A stretch of DNA of 64,000 nt from Lingula anatina (lineage: Eukaryota; Animalia; Brachiopoda): NCBI GenBank assembly GCA_051362555.1, contig CM120646.1:7502001-7566000 (forward strand). Reading direction: 5' to 3'. The position numbers were made by a program, and so were the translations under genes. This document shows positions 62,101-64,000 of the stretch, piece after piece. How positions within the stretch are numbered: the first letter of the stretch is position 1; every line of letters starts with the position of its first letter. The notes under the pieces were generated by a model, which was given only the letters and a program-made list of their open reading frames with translations, was not told where the DNA came from and did no database searches.

Positions 62101-62878
62101 TGTGTAGTTTAATTCCATATGTGTTCATCTGATAACCATTAGGCTTCGTTTGATGTGATACACAGGATATACAACTGAATTAATTGTGTAGAATAAAAAT
62201 ATCACATTTACGTAATAAGTGTTTCAAAATGGTTACATCAGCCACGAACATGGGCGTAAATAGATTTCGCCATTACGAAATCCTCAAATTGAGGATCTAC
62301 ACACAAAAGATTTTTAAAACACCCATCTTTATATTCTGTTGCCAATATACAGGCATCTGGTCAGCAAGGAAAGAGAGAGAGAGAGAGGACATTTCTTTCC
62401 CTAGTTCATGCTTGGTTTTCTTGTTGTCTAAGCATTCTACAAAGAATAATCGAATGCGAATACCATTTGAGAAGAATTGCAATGTTTTTATGTATTATTT
62501 GGAAAGAAATGAGGATGCAGGACATGACGTGAACCAGTCCTTTGATGTGTATTTTGTAAGAATTTTTCCTGTTCTTGTCTGTCTTTAACATTATAAGTTA
62601 CCTAACAAATATTTATCATGAACAGAAACCTAAACAAATGAATTCTATTATTGTTCCACCGATAAGTAGGAAGTGACGTATGTTAATTCCGTTAATAAAC
62701 ATGATTACAGTCAGTTAATATAACCAAATTGGCGTCATTTCAAAAGAAAAATCTATATTACTTGACAACCTTGTACGACAATATAAAATCTCACTACCAT
62801 GGTCCAGTCAGTTATACAATAATGATTTTGTTATAGAAGGTACAACTGTTAAGTAACAAAACTTCTCACCATATGCTT

Positions 62879-62879
62879 A

Positions 62880-62914
<35 letters not shown>
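62879..62914. repeat. (AAT)n microsatellite
   Basis: Direct observation. Confidence 0.9.
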
Positions 62915-62917
<3 letters not shown>

Positions 62918-64000
62918 CATAGTTATGGGAATAGAAATAGTTATAATGAAGGTAAAAATAATAATCAAAACAATAATCTTCTTCCTTCTGTCTATCTTAC
63001 TACTACATTACTACTATTTCTAATAATTATAAAAATCCAGATAATAAGAGGAAAAAGAAGAAAAAGAAAAGAAAAAGAAGACGAAACAATTGTTGCTCAT
63101 TTTTCTTTGAGGCTTACAATGGATCAAACAAGTTTATGTCCCCAACATTATCTTATAAGTCAATCTATACTCCGATCAACGATTTATCAAGTTTGTATTA
63201 TTATCAATTTATTTTTTTCAGCGTAAAAGTGATCAGAAATGGAATTTATTCCCTGCCGCATCAGGTGCTCGTATATCATCGTTAGCATCAATTATTTGTT
63301 GCCTTTGAAAAGGCGCCGTGTTATGAGATAAAGACTTATCGATATTAATCAATTTCCCATAATAATGACTCGCTATCTGACTGTATTTACACGCCTTGAT
63401 AGGGCCTGTCTGTTTGTGTGCTCAATAGTGAACTATGAATTATTGCATCAAAAGAGGTCTGAGATATAGTTTAGTGATTAAGTAATTTCTGTATCATTTC
63501 ACAATGCGTATCAAAAAAACCTTTTGATTTTCCAGTGTTGACAATTACAGACAGAAAACACATTCATGCATTTAACTGTTGCTTTGTACATAAAAGAGTT
63601 GATCTATTTTGCAGAGTGATGAAAAGAGTTACACGGCAACATTAGTGCGCGCTGACACGCAGCACAGATAAAGTGAGATAAATAAATAAATAAATTCAAA
63701 TATCTCAATAAAGAGGCCCATTACTGAGTTTACTGAGTTTTAAGATACTGAGATCCCAATAACGGTTCTAATGATTGTTTTATGCATAAAAATCGCTCAT
63801 GTATTTATCTATTGTTTCACTGATGTACTCAGTTAAAGAATTTATGCCAAGATGACACTACGGAGATTATCAAAAGTTATAAAAAAACGATCGAAATATT
63901 TGTTTCCTTTTATTACTCAAAAAAAGGAAGAAAAAAATTTAATCCATTTTAAATGTCAACTCTGCATAGATTTATATCCTAAATCATGAAATCATATTTC

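Noticed and set aside
51000-64000. Many short ORFs of 60-134 aa
   Set aside because: No recognisable domains or consistent exon chain; treated as intergenic or intronic background.

Overview
This is a eukaryotic, AT-rich, intron-rich window from an invertebrate. The repeat families and genes suggest a lophotrochozoan or mollusc, but this is an inference. (1) The + strand carries the 3' half of a CLASP (Orbit/MAST) gene: 16 in-frame exons from 4613 to the stop at 29265, plus two candidate symmetric cassette exons (1628-1768, 25187-25243). (2) One 10.5-kb CLASP intron holds a three-level nest of mobile DNA. A Helentron-type non-autonomous element (HINE/DINE-like, ~8907-17542) contains a full-length, intact L1/Tx1-clade LINE (10121-15986, 16-bp TSD, poly-A) inserted into its internal repeat array, and also a small hAT-like MITE. 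(3) The - strand carries a PTB/PID adaptor gene whose CDS has no introns (34357-35979). (4) The - strand also carries an atypical non-alpha nicotinic-receptor-like Cys-loop subunit (40446-45655, first exon not identified). It has lost loop C and loop D ligand residues and has an unusual M2 helix. (5) Several MITEs are present (Harbinger-like with 3-bp TSDs, CAG..CTG elements with 5/6-bp TSDs), along with a SAP-domain transposon relic and a visible CpG-depletion boundary near 30 kb. All calls were made by eye, with no database search.
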